This document shows, one piece after another, positions 36,482 through 49,319 of a DNA stretch of 64,000 bases. Each line of letters starts with the position of its first letter. Positions within the stretch are counted from its first letter, which is position 1. The stretch comes from Deltaproteobacteria bacterium (lineage in GTDB: Bacteria; Myxococcota_A; Polyangia; DRWM01; JAAZOP01). The position numbers and the translations under genes were made by a program. Location of the stretch: positions 25,566 to 89,565 of the forward strand of contig JACRCX010000097.1 of the NCBI GenBank assembly GCA_016218815.1, in the 5' to 3' direction. The notes under the pieces were generated by a model that was not told where the DNA came from, searched no databases, and was given only the letters and a program-made list of their open reading frames with translations.

Positions 36482-37207
36482 GTGGAGCAGCAGCTTTTCT
36501 CGATCGTCTCGTACCTCGTGCCCATGCTCCTGTCGTTGACGGTGCACGAGTACTGCCACGCCCGCGTCGCCTGGTGGCTGGGCGACGACACGGCCTCCTC
36601 GCAGGGGCGGCTCACGCTCAACCCCCTGGCCCACGCCGACCCGATCGGGACCTTCCTGATGCCGATCGTGGCACAGCTCGCCGGCGGCCTGCCGCTCATC
36701 GGCTGGGCGCGGCCGGTGCCCGTGTCGCCGCACCGTTTCACGCGCCGGGTCTCCATGCACGCCGGCATGGCGCTGACGGCCGCCGCCGGCCCGCTCTCCA
36801 ACCTGATCCTCACGTTCCTCTCCGTCCTCGGGCTGCGGATCCTCGCCACGTCGTCCGGCCTCGATCTCAACACGCTGTACCTGGTGGAACTGCTCACCAA
36901 CCATGGAGATCACAGGACATCCGTCGATATTGCCGCCCATCTGCTGCTGATCATGTCCTTCATGAACGCCGGCCTGTGCATCTTCAACCTCATTCCGCTG
37001 CCGCCGCTCGACGGCAGCCGGCTCCTGCCGCCCCGCCTCCAGACTCTGGTCGCGCCGCTGCAGGCCTTCTCGTACATGGTGCTCCTGGCCATCATGTGGT
37101 TCGCGGGCGGGATCGTCCGCATCCCGGTGGCCTACCTGCTGATCGGCGCGTTCAACGTGGTCGGCCTGCCCACCGAGATGCTGTGGTGGATGGTGCACGG
37201 CGGATGA
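36482..37207 (+). CDS. Site-2 protease (M50) family protein
   Basis: HEYCH, GRLTLNPL.H.DP.G, AAGPLSN, FNLIPLPPLDG. Confidence 0.93.
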   Translation: MEQQLFSIVSYLVPMLLSLTVHEYCHARVAWWLGDDTASSQGRLTLNPLAHADPIGTFLMPIVAQLAGGLPLIGWARPVPVSPHRFTRRVSMHAGMALTAAAGPLSNLILTFLSVLGLRILATSSGLDLNTLYLVELLTNHGDHRTSVDIAAHLLLIMSFMNAGLCIFNLIPLPPLDGSRLLPPRLQTLVAPLQAFSYMVLLAIMWFAGGIVRIPVAYLLIGAFNVVGLPTEMLWWMVHGG

Positions 37208-38193
37208 CGGAGCCGGAAGGCCGCGACGACGCGCCGGGCGGGCCCGAGGGGACCGGGGCGCCGATCCACGTTCCGTACGAGCTGGAGCTGCCCGGCTTCT
37301 CCGGACCGCTCGAGCTGCTGCTGCACCTCATCCGCAAGCACAAGCTCGACATCCTCGACATCCCCGTCGGTTTCGTGACCGAGAAGTACCTCGAGTACAT
37401 CGACGCGATGAAGGTCATCAACCTGGACGTCGCCGGCGAGTACCTCGAGATGGCCGCGACGCTGACGAACATCAAGTCGCGCATGTTGCTGCCGGCGAAC
37501 GCGGCGGAGCCGGAGGAGGCCGTCGCGGAGGAGCAGGGCGATCCGCGCGCGGAGCTGGTCCGCCGGCTGCTCGAGTACCAGAAGTACCGCGACGCGGCCG
37601 ACCAGCTGGGAGCGCTGGATCAGCTCCAGCGCGACGTCTTCGCCCGCCAGGCGGAACGGACGGTGGGGCCCGCGGATCGGCCGCTGGCCGAGGTCGGGCT
37701 GGGCGCACTGCTCGACGCGTTCGCCGCGGTGCTCAAGCGGGTCAGGCCCGACCTCGCACGCGAGGTGACCTCCGAGCGCATCTCGGTGGCGCAGCGTATC
37801 CAGGAGATCGTGGGGCTGCTGGAGGTGCGCCGGCGGATCCGGTTCGAGCAGTTCTTCGAGGGGGCCGCGGGACGGTTCGACGTCGTGGTCACCTTCCTGG
37901 CACTGCTGGAGATGACCAAGCTGCACATGACGCGGCTCCTGCAGGCCGGCCCCGACACCCCGCTGCTCGTCGATTTCGTCGGCCGCGTGGACGGCACGGC
38001 CGACGTCACGTCGGATCGCGTCGAGGACGAAGCGACCCCCGCCGAAGGGCCGGCGACCGGCGAAACCACCGCCGAGACGCCCGCCGAGGTGCCCGCAACC
38101 GGCGACGCCGCAGCCGCGGTGCCCCCTGCTACGATCGCTGCACCGGACGAGGAACCGCGCGAGGCGGACGACCGGCCCAAGGGTGAGTCATGA
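37204..38193 (+). CDS. scpA: Segregation/condensation protein A
   Basis: FSGPLELLLHLI, EYLEMAATL..IKSRMLLP, VVTFLALLE. Confidence 0.95.
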   Translation: MTEPEGRDDAPGGPEGTGAPIHVPYELELPGFSGPLELLLHLIRKHKLDILDIPVGFVTEKYLEYIDAMKVINLDVAGEYLEMAATLTNIKSRMLLPANAAEPEEAVAEEQGDPRAELVRRLLEYQKYRDAADQLGALDQLQRDVFARQAERTVGPADRPLAEVGLGALLDAFAAVLKRVRPDLAREVTSERISVAQRIQEIVGLLEVRRRIRFEQFFEGAAGRFDVVVTFLALLEMTKLHMTRLLQAGPDTPLLVDFVGRVDGTADVTSDRVEDEATPAEGPATGETTAETPAEVPATGDAAAAVPPATIAAPDEEPREADDRPKGES

Positions 38194-39386
38194 CGGACGA
38201 GCTCGACGAGAAGGAACCCGCCGCAGAGGAACCTCCCGCCGAGATTGCGGCGCGAGCGGAAGACGAAGAACGGGCGACGGACGCCCTGCCCCCCTCCGCG
38301 CCGGAGGACACCTTCGCCCGCGGCGAGAGTCCCGCGGAGCCGGGCGGGGAGCCCGGCACCGAGGAGCCTCCGCCGGTCGAGGTCGGCGCGCGGACGGACG
38401 AGGCGACGCGCGCGGAGAATGGCGGCGCCCGCGTCGAGGGCCCGGACCAAGAACCAACGACCAACGACCAGGAACTGCCCCCGGAACGGGGGCCTGCTCC
38501 GGCGCGTGTCGAGTACGACGACGAGACGCTGGCGCGGCACGTCGAGGCGCTGCTGTTCGTCGCGCTGCGTCCGCTGAGCCTGGCCCAGATGTCCCGCCCG
38601 CTGCGCACGACCTTCGCGGCGGTGCGCCGGGCGCTCAAGTCCATCGGCGTCGCACGGGAGGCGAGCGGTGTGCGTCTGGTGGAGGTCGGCGGCGGCTGGC
38701 AGCTCCGCACGGCGCCGGAGTGCGCGGAGGTCGTGCGCAAGTTCCTCGACGTCAAGCCGCTGCGCCTGTCCAAGGCGGCGATGGAGACGCTGGCGGTGAT
38801 CGCCTACCGGCAGCCGGTGACCAAGCCCGACGTCGACGACATCCGCGGCGTCGATTCCGGCAGCGCGGTCAAGCTGCTGCTCGACCGGAACCTCGTCCGC
38901 GTCCTGGGCCGCAAGGAGGAGCCGGGCCGCCCGCTGCTGTACGGCACCACGCCCTCGTTCCTGGAGTTCTTCGGTTTGGGAAACCTCGGCGATCTGCCGT
39001 CGCTGCGCGAGTATGCCGAGCTGTCCGAGGACGGACGCCGGCAGCTCGAGCGCGACCTTTTCGCGCGCGCGCCCGAACCGCTCCCCGGCGACGAAGGGGC
39101 GCGCCTGCCGGCCGCGCGGCACTGGCAGGATCTGGTCGAGGTGCTGGGCGACGACCTGGGCGGGCTGCCCGAAGGGGTGGAGGTCGAGCCCGTGTCCACG
39201 GGCGACCCGCTGGAGGACTATTTGCGGGGAGCGGGCAAGGCGGCGGGGGGAGGCGACGTCCCGGCCGGACAGGGTGCGGGCGAACACGCCTGCCCCGAGC
39301 CCGGTAGCGGGGACGACGCCTGCCCCGAGCCCGGTCGAGGGGACCCTGTCGACGACCAAGTCGATGAAGAAGAGGATGGGGGCTGA
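38190..39386 (+). CDS. scpB: SMC-Scp complex subunit ScpB with acidic extensions
   Basis: EALLF, LSKAAMETLAVIAYRQPVT, PGRPLLYGTT..FLEFFGL. Confidence 0.95.
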   Translation: MTDELDEKEPAAEEPPAEIAARAEDEERATDALPPSAPEDTFARGESPAEPGGEPGTEEPPPVEVGARTDEATRAENGGARVEGPDQEPTTNDQELPPERGPAPARVEYDDETLARHVEALLFVALRPLSLAQMSRPLRTTFAAVRRALKSIGVAREASGVRLVEVGGGWQLRTAPECAEVVRKFLDVKPLRLSKAAMETLAVIAYRQPVTKPDVDDIRGVDSGSAVKLLLDRNLVRVLGRKEEPGRPLLYGTTPSFLEFFGLGNLGDLPSLREYAELSEDGRRQLERDLFARAPEPLPGDEGARLPAARHWQDLVEVLGDDLGGLPEGVEVEPVSTGDPLEDYLRGAGKAAGGGDVPAGQGAGEHACPEPGSGDDACPEPGRGDPVDDQVDEEEDGG

Positions 39387-39398
39387 GGAGGAAGGGCG

Positions 39399-42296
<2,898 letters not shown>

Positions 42297-42362
42297 CACG
42301 AAGCACGATCGTCGCCCCGAAGGCGCGGACGCCGACGCCGAGGTCGCGGGGGACGTACCGGC

Positions 42363-42432
42363 GACCACCGACCACCCGCCACAAGCTACCAGCTACCAGC
42401 CACCAGCAACCGGCCACCAGCAACCGGCCACT
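42363..42432. repeat. 7-bp-period intergenic repeat (CCACCAG/CAACCGG)
   Basis: ctaccagctaccagccaccagcaaccggccaccagcaaccgg; a relative lies at about 47858-47885. Confidence 0.75.
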
Positions 42433-42607
42433 GCCCGGCCGCGCCGCTTGACGCCGGGCGTTCCCGCGCGATAAGCCGCTGGTGCGCAGGTCGGGGCTCG
42501 ACTCCGGCCCAGCGGGGCGGGTGGGTGCGAAAAGGCCGGCGGAGCGTCCGGGCCCGCGGCGCCGGCCATCCCTCGCGGCCCGTTGCGGTGTTCCGGAGGC
42601 ATTTCGC

Positions 42608-44137
42608 ATGGCCCTCTCCGTGACCGGGAAGAACCTGACGATCGACGACGTGGTGAAGGTCGCGCGCAGCGGCGAGAAGGTGGAGCTCTGCGCCGACGCC
42701 GAGGCGCGCATCCGCAAATGCCGCACGTTCCTCGAGGAGCGGCTGGCGGCGCGCGAGATCATGTACGGCACGAACACGGGGATCGGCGAGTTCTCGGAGA
42801 TCGTGCTCTCCGACGAGCAGGTGAGCCAGTTCCAGCGGTTCCTCATCTACAACCACGCGGCCGGCATCGGCGAACCGTGCCCCGTGGACCACGTCCGCGC
42901 CGCGATGCTCAGTCGCATCAACGTCCACGCGCACGGGCACTCCGCGTGCCGCCTCGAGATCACCCGCTGCTATGTCGACATGCTCAACAAGGGCGTGACG
43001 CCGGTCGTCTGCCGCAAGGGCTCGGTGGGCGCGTGCGGCGACCTGGCCCCGATGAGCCAGATCGCGCTCTCGCTGATGGGGGAAGGCGAATCGTTCTACG
43101 AGGGCGCGCGGATGCCGACGGCGAAGGCGCAGGAGCGGGCGGGCATCAAACCTCCGGGTCTCCAGGCGCGCGACGGCCTGGCGGCGATCAACGGCTCGAA
43201 CTTGATCACCGGCATCGGCTGCCTGACGGTGCACGACGCCGAGCGCTGGCTGTTGCAGGCCGAGATCGCCGCGGCGATGACGCTCGAGGCGCTGAAGGCG
43301 AACATGAAGCCGTACGACCGGCGGCTGCACGAGCTGCGCGGCTTCCCCGGGGCGATCACCAGCGCGCTCAACCTGCGCAAGGTGATGGAGGGCTCCGACC
43401 TGCTGGCGGGCCGCACGAAGACCAAGGTCCAGGACGCCTACTCGATGCGCTCCACGCCGCAGGTGATCGGCGCGGCGCGCGACCAGCTCCGCTGGACCCG
43501 CAGCCAGCTCGAGATCGAGCTGAACGGCGTCGCGGACAACCCCATCTTCGTGCCCGACGACAAGGTCGTGCTCACCGGCGCCAACTTCCAGGGCTCGCCG
43601 ATCAGCGTCCCCCTGGACACCGCGGGGGCCGCCCTCGCGATGATCTGCGTGCTCTCGGAGCGCCGCCTGAACCGGCTGACCAACCCGGCGCTCTCCGCCG
43701 GACTTCCCGCCTTCCTGACCAAGGGCGCCGGGATGTTCTCCGGCATGATGCTCAGCCAGTACACCGCCTGCATGCAGGTGGTCGAGCAGAAGATCCTTTC
43801 CGGTCCCGCCTTCATCGAATCCATCCCGGCCGCGGCCGACCAGGAGGACTTCGTCTCCATGGGCATGAACTCCGCCCTCAAGACGGCGCAGATCCTCGAG
43901 GTCGCCAACGGCGTCCTCGGCATCGAGTTCATGGCCGCCGCCCAGGCGCTCGACTTCCGCGAGTACCTGCCCGGCAAGGGGACCGCCGCCGCGAAGGCCG
44001 CGGTCCGCCGGCGCGTCGCGCACCTCGACGAGGACCGCCCGTTGTTCCCGGATCACAACGTCATGATGGAATGCGTCAGGAACCTCGAGCCGCTGCGCGC
44101 GGTCGAGGAGGCGATCGGTCCGTTGGCGATCTACTGA
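42608..44137 (+). CDS. hutH: Aromatic amino acid ammonia-lyase (histidase family), Ala-Cys-Gly MIO variant
   Basis: YGTNTGIG, GSVGACGDLAP, QDAYSMR..PQV.G, DNP, QEDFVSMG. Confidence 0.85.
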   Translation: MALSVTGKNLTIDDVVKVARSGEKVELCADAEARIRKCRTFLEERLAAREIMYGTNTGIGEFSEIVLSDEQVSQFQRFLIYNHAAGIGEPCPVDHVRAAMLSRINVHAHGHSACRLEITRCYVDMLNKGVTPVVCRKGSVGACGDLAPMSQIALSLMGEGESFYEGARMPTAKAQERAGIKPPGLQARDGLAAINGSNLITGIGCLTVHDAERWLLQAEIAAAMTLEALKANMKPYDRRLHELRGFPGAITSALNLRKVMEGSDLLAGRTKTKVQDAYSMRSTPQVIGAARDQLRWTRSQLEIELNGVADNPIFVPDDKVVLTGANFQGSPISVPLDTAGAALAMICVLSERRLNRLTNPALSAGLPAFLTKGAGMFSGMMLSQYTACMQVVEQKILSGPAFIESIPAAADQEDFVSMGMNSALKTAQILEVANGVLGIEFMAAAQALDFREYLPGKGTAAAKAAVRRRVAHLDEDRPLFPDHNVMMECVRNLEPLRAVEEAIGPLAIY

Positions 44138-44192
44138 ACTACGAGTCCCACGCCCTGCGACGGCGCGTCAGACATTTCCGGACCGGGCGGCT

Positions 44193-44474
44193 TCAGCAGT
44201 CCTCGCCCGTGACGTGGCAGGTGCACTCGCAGCGCCCGACCGCCTCGCACTGGCCGTCCAACTCGCGGGCGCACGAGTTCGCGCCGTCCGACACCGCCTC
44301 GGAGATGTCGTCGTCGTCGGCGCAGACGTCGACGGTGACCGACAGCTCGTGATCGTCGCACGCCCCGGTGCACGTGCACTCCCACTCGTCGTCGGAGTCG
44401 TCTTCGTCGCCGGCCCATGCCGCCGGCGCCGCGCCCATCGCCACCGCAGCCACGATTGCCAGCACTGCCCTCAT
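44193..44474 (-). CDS. Small secreted acidic Cys-rich protein
   Basis: GGAGG RBS, signal peptide ending AWA, mature part with 10 Cys and many Asp/Glu. Confidence 0.7.
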   Translation of the reverse strand: MRAVLAIVAAVAMGAAPAAWAGDEDDSDDEWECTCTGACDDHELSVTVDVCADDDDISEAVSDGANSCARELDGQCEAVGRCECTCHVTGEDC

Positions 44475-44583
44475 CTTCCGTCCTCCCGATTCCCCGCGGG
44501 GCGTCCCCGGCCCCTGACCGCGCATGATGCCGGCCGCCTCCGCGGGCCGGGCGGCGCAAAGACTACCGATCCGCACGGCGTAT

Positions 44584-45579
44584 TCAAGGGACGAGCACCG
44601 CGGCGCCACGGATCCGGCTCTCCTTGAGCCGCCGGAGGACCTCGTTGGCCTCTTCCAGCCGGTACTCCTCGACCTCGGCGCGAATCGGGATCCGCGGGGC
44701 CAGGTCGAGCAGCTCTTCCACGTCCCGGCGGGTGCTGTTGGCGACCGAGCGCACGGTCCGCTCGCCGTAGAGGAGGGGGTACTCCAGCTCCGGAATCGGG
44801 CTCATCGTGATCCCGGCCAGGGCGAGCGTTCCACCGGGACGCAGGGCGCGCAGCGCGTCGTGCACCTGCCCCCCCGCGGGCGAGAAGATGACGGCCGCGT
44901 CGAGCGGCCGGGGAGGGGGGTCGGAGGGTCCGCCGGCCCAGGCGGCGCCAAGCTCGAGGGCGTGGCGCCGGTGCGCCTCGCTGCGCGTAAGGACGTGGAC
45001 CTCGCAGCCGCGGTGCACGGCGACCTGGATGGTGACGTGGGCCGAGGCGCCGAAGCCCCACATGCCGAGCCGCCAGCCGGGTCGGACTTCGGACAGACGC
45101 AGGGCACGGTAACCGATGACGCCGGCACACAAGAGCGGCGCCGCCTGGACGTCGGGGTAGGCGTCGGGGACGCGGAAGGCGAACTCGGCCGGGGCGAGCG
45201 TCTTCGCAGCGAACCCGCCGTCCGCATGGAACCCGTTGAATTCGGCATGTTCACAGAGGTTCTCTCGACCGTTCCGGCAATGTTCGCACGACCCGCAGGT
45301 CCGGCGGAGCCAAGGGAGACCCACGCGGTCACCGACGCGGAACCTCTCGACGCCGGCGCCCAGCCGCTCGACCACGCCGACGATCTGGTGGCCGGGGACG
45401 ACGGGCAGCCGGGGCAGGCGCAGATCGCCTTCGACCACATGGAGATCGGTGTGGCAGACCCCGCAAGCGCGGACCGCCACGAGGACGTCGCCCGGGCCCG
45501 GTTGGGGCTCCGGCAGGTCGCGAGCGGCGAGCGGGGCCGACTCGATCGGGGCGGGCTTCTCCAGAACCATGGCGCGCAT
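44584..45579 (-). CDS. Zinc-dependent alcohol dehydrogenase family protein
   Basis: CGVCHTD, PGHQIVG, CGSCEHC...ENLC, LLCAG, GFGASAH. Confidence 0.93.
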   Translation of the reverse strand: MRAMVLEKPAPIESAPLAARDLPEPQPGPGDVLVAVRACGVCHTDLHVVEGDLRLPRLPVVPGHQIVGVVERLGAGVERFRVGDRVGLPWLRRTCGSCEHCRNGRENLCEHAEFNGFHADGGFAAKTLAPAEFAFRVPDAYPDVQAAPLLCAGVIGYRALRLSEVRPGWRLGMWGFGASAHVTIQVAVHRGCEVHVLTRSEAHRRHALELGAAWAGGPSDPPPRPLDAAVIFSPAGGQVHDALRALRPGGTLALAGITMSPIPELEYPLLYGERTVRSVANSTRRDVEELLDLAPRIPIRAEVEEYRLEEANEVLRRLKESRIRGAAVLVP

Positions 45580-45598
45580 GACGAGGATGGTAACCCAA

Positions 45599-45716
45599 CT
45601 TGGCGTTCTTTGCGTTCCTTGGCGTCCTTTGCGCGCCTGCCCTGAGCGACGTCGAAGGGAACTCCGGGCCGGGTCGACCCTGCGGCCATCGGTCCCCTTT
45701 GCGCCCTTCGCGCGAA
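45599..45716. repeat. Composite intergenic repeat (CTTTGCG units + GCCTGCCCTGAGC-N3-GTCGAAGGG unit)
   Basis: Two repeat families juxtaposed between divergent genes. Confidence 0.7.
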
Positions 45717-45746
45717 ATCCGCTATGCTCGGTGGCCAAGGCGCTCG

Positions 45747-46457
45747 ATGGATTCCCGCGACCGGCTCGTATTCGCATTGGACGTGCCTGACGGCCACGCG
45801 GCGCTGCGTCTGGTGCGGCTGCTGGCGGGCGAGGTCGGGACGTTCAAGGTGGGGCTGGAGCTGTTCTGCGCGGAGGGCCCGGCGCTGGTGCGGGAGGTTT
45901 CGCAGCGGGGCGGGGCGGTGTTCCTGGACCTCAAGCTGCACGACATCCCGGCGACCGTGGGCCGGGCGGTCTCCCGGGCGCTGGCAGGCGGCGGCGTGCG
46001 CTGGCTCACGGTGCACACCGGCGGGGGACGGCAGATGCTCGAGGCGGCCGTGCGCGAGGCCGGCACCGGGGCGGGAATCCTGGGGGTGACGGTGCTGACG
46101 AGCCTGAACGAGGCCGGCGCGGTGGAGGCCGGGCTGTCGCCTCCGCTGGGGAATCTGGTCGTGCGGCGGGCGGCGCTGGCCGTGGACTGCGGTTGTGCCG
46201 GGGTGGTGGCTTCGCCGCAGGAGGCGGGGGCCATCCGGCGCGTGGTGGGGCCGGGGCCGTTGATCGTGACGCCGGGGATCCGGCCGCCGGGTGCGGCGGC
46301 GGGCGACCAGCAGCGCACGTCGACGCCCGCGGAGGCGATCGCCGCCGGCGCCGACGTCGTGGTGGTCGGCCGGCCGATCCGCGATGCGAGCGATCCCGTC
46401 GCCGCGGCGCGCGGGATCCGGAGCGCCATCGAAGAGGCGCTGGGAGGAGCAGTCTGA
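45747..46457 (+). CDS. pyrF: Orotidine 5'-phosphate decarboxylase
   Basis: ALD, KVGLEL, FLDLKLHDIPATV, VTVLTS, TPGIR, DQQR, VVGRPI. Confidence 0.96.
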   Translation: MDSRDRLVFALDVPDGHAALRLVRLLAGEVGTFKVGLELFCAEGPALVREVSQRGGAVFLDLKLHDIPATVGRAVSRALAGGGVRWLTVHTGGGRQMLEAAVREAGTGAGILGVTVLTSLNEAGAVEAGLSPPLGNLVVRRAALAVDCGCAGVVASPQEAGAIRRVVGPGPLIVTPGIRPPGAAAGDQQRTSTPAEAIAAGADVVVVGRPIRDASDPVAAARGIRSAIEEALGGAV

Positions 46458-47413
46458 TGCGTCGCCGTGGTTCCTCCGCCGCCGGCCATCCGCCGGCATC
46501 ACAGGAAGAGCTGCCTTCGGTCGTGGCGGGCCCTCGCCGTCACCGGAGCGGGAGGCGCGTCGGGACGCCGTCCGAGGCTCCGCGACCGCCGACCGAGCAG
46601 GTGGCGCTGGGGTTCGGCGGGCCGGAGGACGTGGTGGAGGTGGACGTGCCGGGGGGGAGCGAGGCGGGGCGGATCCTGCTTGGACCGCACGCGGTCTCGG
46701 AGGCGCTGCGCGGCGGACGACGCGAGGTTCAGGTCGTCTTCCTCTCGGCGGAGGAGCGGGGCGAGCGGTTCCGCGAGATCGCGCGGCTCGCGAAGCAGCG
46801 CGGCGTACCCTCGCGGCAAGCCGATCCCGATCTCCTCGAGACGCTGGCGGCCGGGCGGGTGCACCAGGGCATCGCCGCGTTGGCCGGACCCTATCCGTAC
46901 CTCGGGCTGGGCGACGTGGAGCGCATCGCCGTGGAGCGCGGCGCGGAGACCCTCGCCGTCGCCCTCGATCAGGTCCAGGATCCGCAGAACCTGGGCGCCA
47001 TCACGCGCTCGTCGGTCGCCTTCGGGGTCGACGTCGTCGTGATGCCCGAGCGCCGGGCGGCGGGGGTGACCGACGCGGTGGTCCGGGCGAGCGCCGGGGC
47101 GACGGAGCTGATGCGCATCGCGCGGGTGCCCAATCTGGCGGAGGCGCTGCGGCGCTTGTCGGGTGCGGGCGTCGAGGTGGTCGGGCTGGACCCGGAGGGG
47201 GAGGCGGATCTGGCGACGGCCGACCTTCATCCTCCGGTGTGCCTGGTGTTCGGCGCGGAAGGCCCCGGGTTGCGCCGGCTCACGCGGGAGCTGTGCCACC
47301 GCCGCGTGCGCATCCCGATCGCGGCGGGCGGGGTGGCGTCGCTCAATATCTCCGTCGCGGCCGGAATCGTCCTGCACGCGATCCGGCACCCCCACCGCAC
47401 GGAGAGGCCGTAG
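46457..47413 (+). CDS. rlmB: 23S rRNA Gm2251 methyltransferase (TrmH family)
   Basis: G.HAV.EAL, HQGIAA, DQVQDPQNLGAI.RS, GAEG.GL, SLNISVAAG. Confidence 0.92.
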   Translation: MRRRGSSAAGHPPASQEELPSVVAGPRRHRSGRRVGTPSEAPRPPTEQVALGFGGPEDVVEVDVPGGSEAGRILLGPHAVSEALRGGRREVQVVFLSAEERGERFREIARLAKQRGVPSRQADPDLLETLAAGRVHQGIAALAGPYPYLGLGDVERIAVERGAETLAVALDQVQDPQNLGAITRSSVAFGVDVVVMPERRAAGVTDAVVRASAGATELMRIARVPNLAEALRRLSGAGVEVVGLDPEGEADLATADLHPPVCLVFGAEGPGLRRLTRELCHRRVRIPIAAGGVASLNISVAAGIVLHAIRHPHRTERP

Positions 47414-47418
47414 CGCCG

Positions 47419-47793
47419 TCAGCGGATCAGCGCCCAGACGGCCAGACCCGCGGCGTAGGAGGCGGCGTTGGCCAGCGCGCTCATCGCGAGCGCCAGCCAC
47501 GGCCGGTGGGGAACGAGCAGCCTCCAGTAGACGACGGTCTCGACGAGCAGCACGGCGGTCTCCCCGACGACGAGGTAGAGGGGGTAGTTCGGCTTCTCCA
47601 GGACCGATGGGAACAGCGTCCAGGGCACGTACCACAGGGCAGGATGCGTGGCGGCGTTGGCGACGAGGGCGGCGACGAGCACCCGGGCGTCGGAGTGCAG
47701 GAGGCGTGCGCGGCGCGCGACGTACAGCACGATCGGAAGCTCGACCGCCAGCGTCACGGCGGCGGCGATCGCGTACTGCTCGTGGAAGGTCAT
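47419..47793 (-). CDS. Hypothetical 4-TM membrane protein
   Basis: Hydrophobic; T..VE.P, N.ATHP.LW, E..V..VE and AN.ASY motifs. Confidence 0.75.
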   Translation of the reverse strand: MTFHEQYAIAAAVTLAVELPIVLYVARRARLLHSDARVLVAALVANAATHPALWYVPWTLFPSVLEKPNYPLYLVVGETAVLLVETVVYWRLLVPHRPWLALAMSALANAASYAAGLAVWALIR

Positions 47794-47971
47794 CGCCGCG
47801 AGCCTACCACGACCGGCGCGACTCCGCGGACTGCCCCGAGCGCGCCGCCGCGTCCGCTACCAGCCACCAGCCACCCGCCACCAGCGCCACCGGCGACCTT
47901 GCGCCCCCTCGGGGTCGCGGGTACCATTCCGGCGGCATCCGGCGTGTCCGGGCCGGGGAGGATGGCGACGA

Positions 47972-49246
47972 ATGGTTGGGACCGTCCGGCGTAGACGCTC
48001 GGCACTCGCGGGCGGTGCGGCCGTCCTGGCGCTGGTCGGCCTCGGTTGCGCGGCCACGCAGGTCGTGGAGGACGACGACGGGGGCGGGCGCCCGGACGCC
48101 ACGGGCTCGTGCGGCGCGGGGGGCCCGTGCGGAGGCACGCAGGAGTGCTGTGACGGCGTCTGCATCGACGTCCAGACCGATCCGGCGCACTGCGGGTCTT
48201 GCACCGACGCGTGTCCGGCGGGCTCCGCCGACGGTTGCACCTCGGGCGTCTGCGCCTGCGGCGGGGCGGCGGCGTGCGGGGCGGGGTTGAGCTGCTGCGC
48301 GGGCTCGGGGTGCGTCGACGTTCAGCAGGACGCGCGCAATTGCGGCGTTTGCGGGGCGGCGTGCCCCGGCGACCAGGTGTGCCGCAGCGGGTTGTGCGTG
48401 CCCGACCCGTGCTCGTGCGAGGCGGGCCTGCACTGCTGCGGCACCGAGTGCGTGGACTTCCAGGCGGATCCGGTCAACTGCGGCTCGTGCGGCCACGGCT
48501 GCGCCGCGGGCCAGGTCTGCGCGCTCGGGATCTGCGTCACGCTCGAATGCTCCCCGGCTTGCGCCCCGGGCCTCGACTGCTGCGGCTCGCGCTGCGTCAA
48601 CCTCCAGACGGACACGGTCAACTGCGGCTCGTGCGGCCGGGTCTGCGACGCCGGCGAGATCTGCCTCATGGGCTCCTGTTCGTGCGGCGGCGACACCTGC
48701 ACCTCGGCGGAAGCCTGCTGCTCCGACGTGTGCCGCAACGTCGCGTCCGACACGGCCAACTGCGGTGCGTGCGGCGTCGTCTGCGACGCGGGGGAGCGCT
48801 GCGCGCTGGGCGAGTGCCTCTGCGGCTCGGCGCCCTGCGCCGACGGCGAGGTCTGCGTCGGCGGGACGACCTGCTGCCCGGAGGGGGCGGAGGCCTGCGG
48901 CACGACCTGCTGTGCTGCGGGCGAGTCGTGCTGTTCCGGGCGCTGCGTCGACACCTCGACGGATTTCGCCAACTGCGGGGGTTGCGGCAGCGTGTGCAAC
49001 GACGTGGTCAGCGACCGCTGTTCCGGCGGCTCCTGCCGCTGCGGCAGCGCCGGCGCCTGCCGCTGGCGCGGCATCGTCGTCCCCTGCCTCGTGGACGACG
49101 TCATCGGCCCGCGGATGTGCTGTTCCGGCGCCTGCGTCCCGGTCAACGGCGACAACTGCGGCCGGTGCGGCAACGTCTGCGCCAGCGGCACCTGCAACGG
49201 CTCGCTCGTCCCGCTCGGCGACCGCTGCCTCTTCCTCTGCGGCTGA
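47972..49246 (+). CDS. Cys-rich repeat lipoprotein (Stig1-like / myxobacterial D..NCG.CG..C repeats)
   Basis: Lipobox GLGC; about seven CC...C.D...D..NCG.CG..C repeats. Confidence 0.85.
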   Translation: MVGTVRRRRSALAGGAAVLALVGLGCAATQVVEDDDGGGRPDATGSCGAGGPCGGTQECCDGVCIDVQTDPAHCGSCTDACPAGSADGCTSGVCACGGAAACGAGLSCCAGSGCVDVQQDARNCGVCGAACPGDQVCRSGLCVPDPCSCEAGLHCCGTECVDFQADPVNCGSCGHGCAAGQVCALGICVTLECSPACAPGLDCCGSRCVNLQTDTVNCGSCGRVCDAGEICLMGSCSCGGDTCTSAEACCSDVCRNVASDTANCGACGVVCDAGERCALGECLCGSAPCADGEVCVGGTTCCPEGAEACGTTCCAAGESCCSGRCVDTSTDFANCGGCGSVCNDVVSDRCSGGSCRCGSAGACRWRGIVVPCLVDDVIGPRMCCSGACVPVNGDNCGRCGNVCASGTCNGSLVPLGDRCLFLCG

Positions 49247-49319
49247 ATCGAACGGACCCGCTCTTTGCGCCCTTGGCCTCTTTGCGCCCTCGGCGTGAAA
49301 CGGGTATGGTCCGCGCTCG

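Noticed and set aside
49247..49319. TPP riboswitch upstream of thiS
   Set aside because: Only about 73 bp, lacks the CUGAGA and ACCUGA cores, and is occupied by a CTTTGCG repeat
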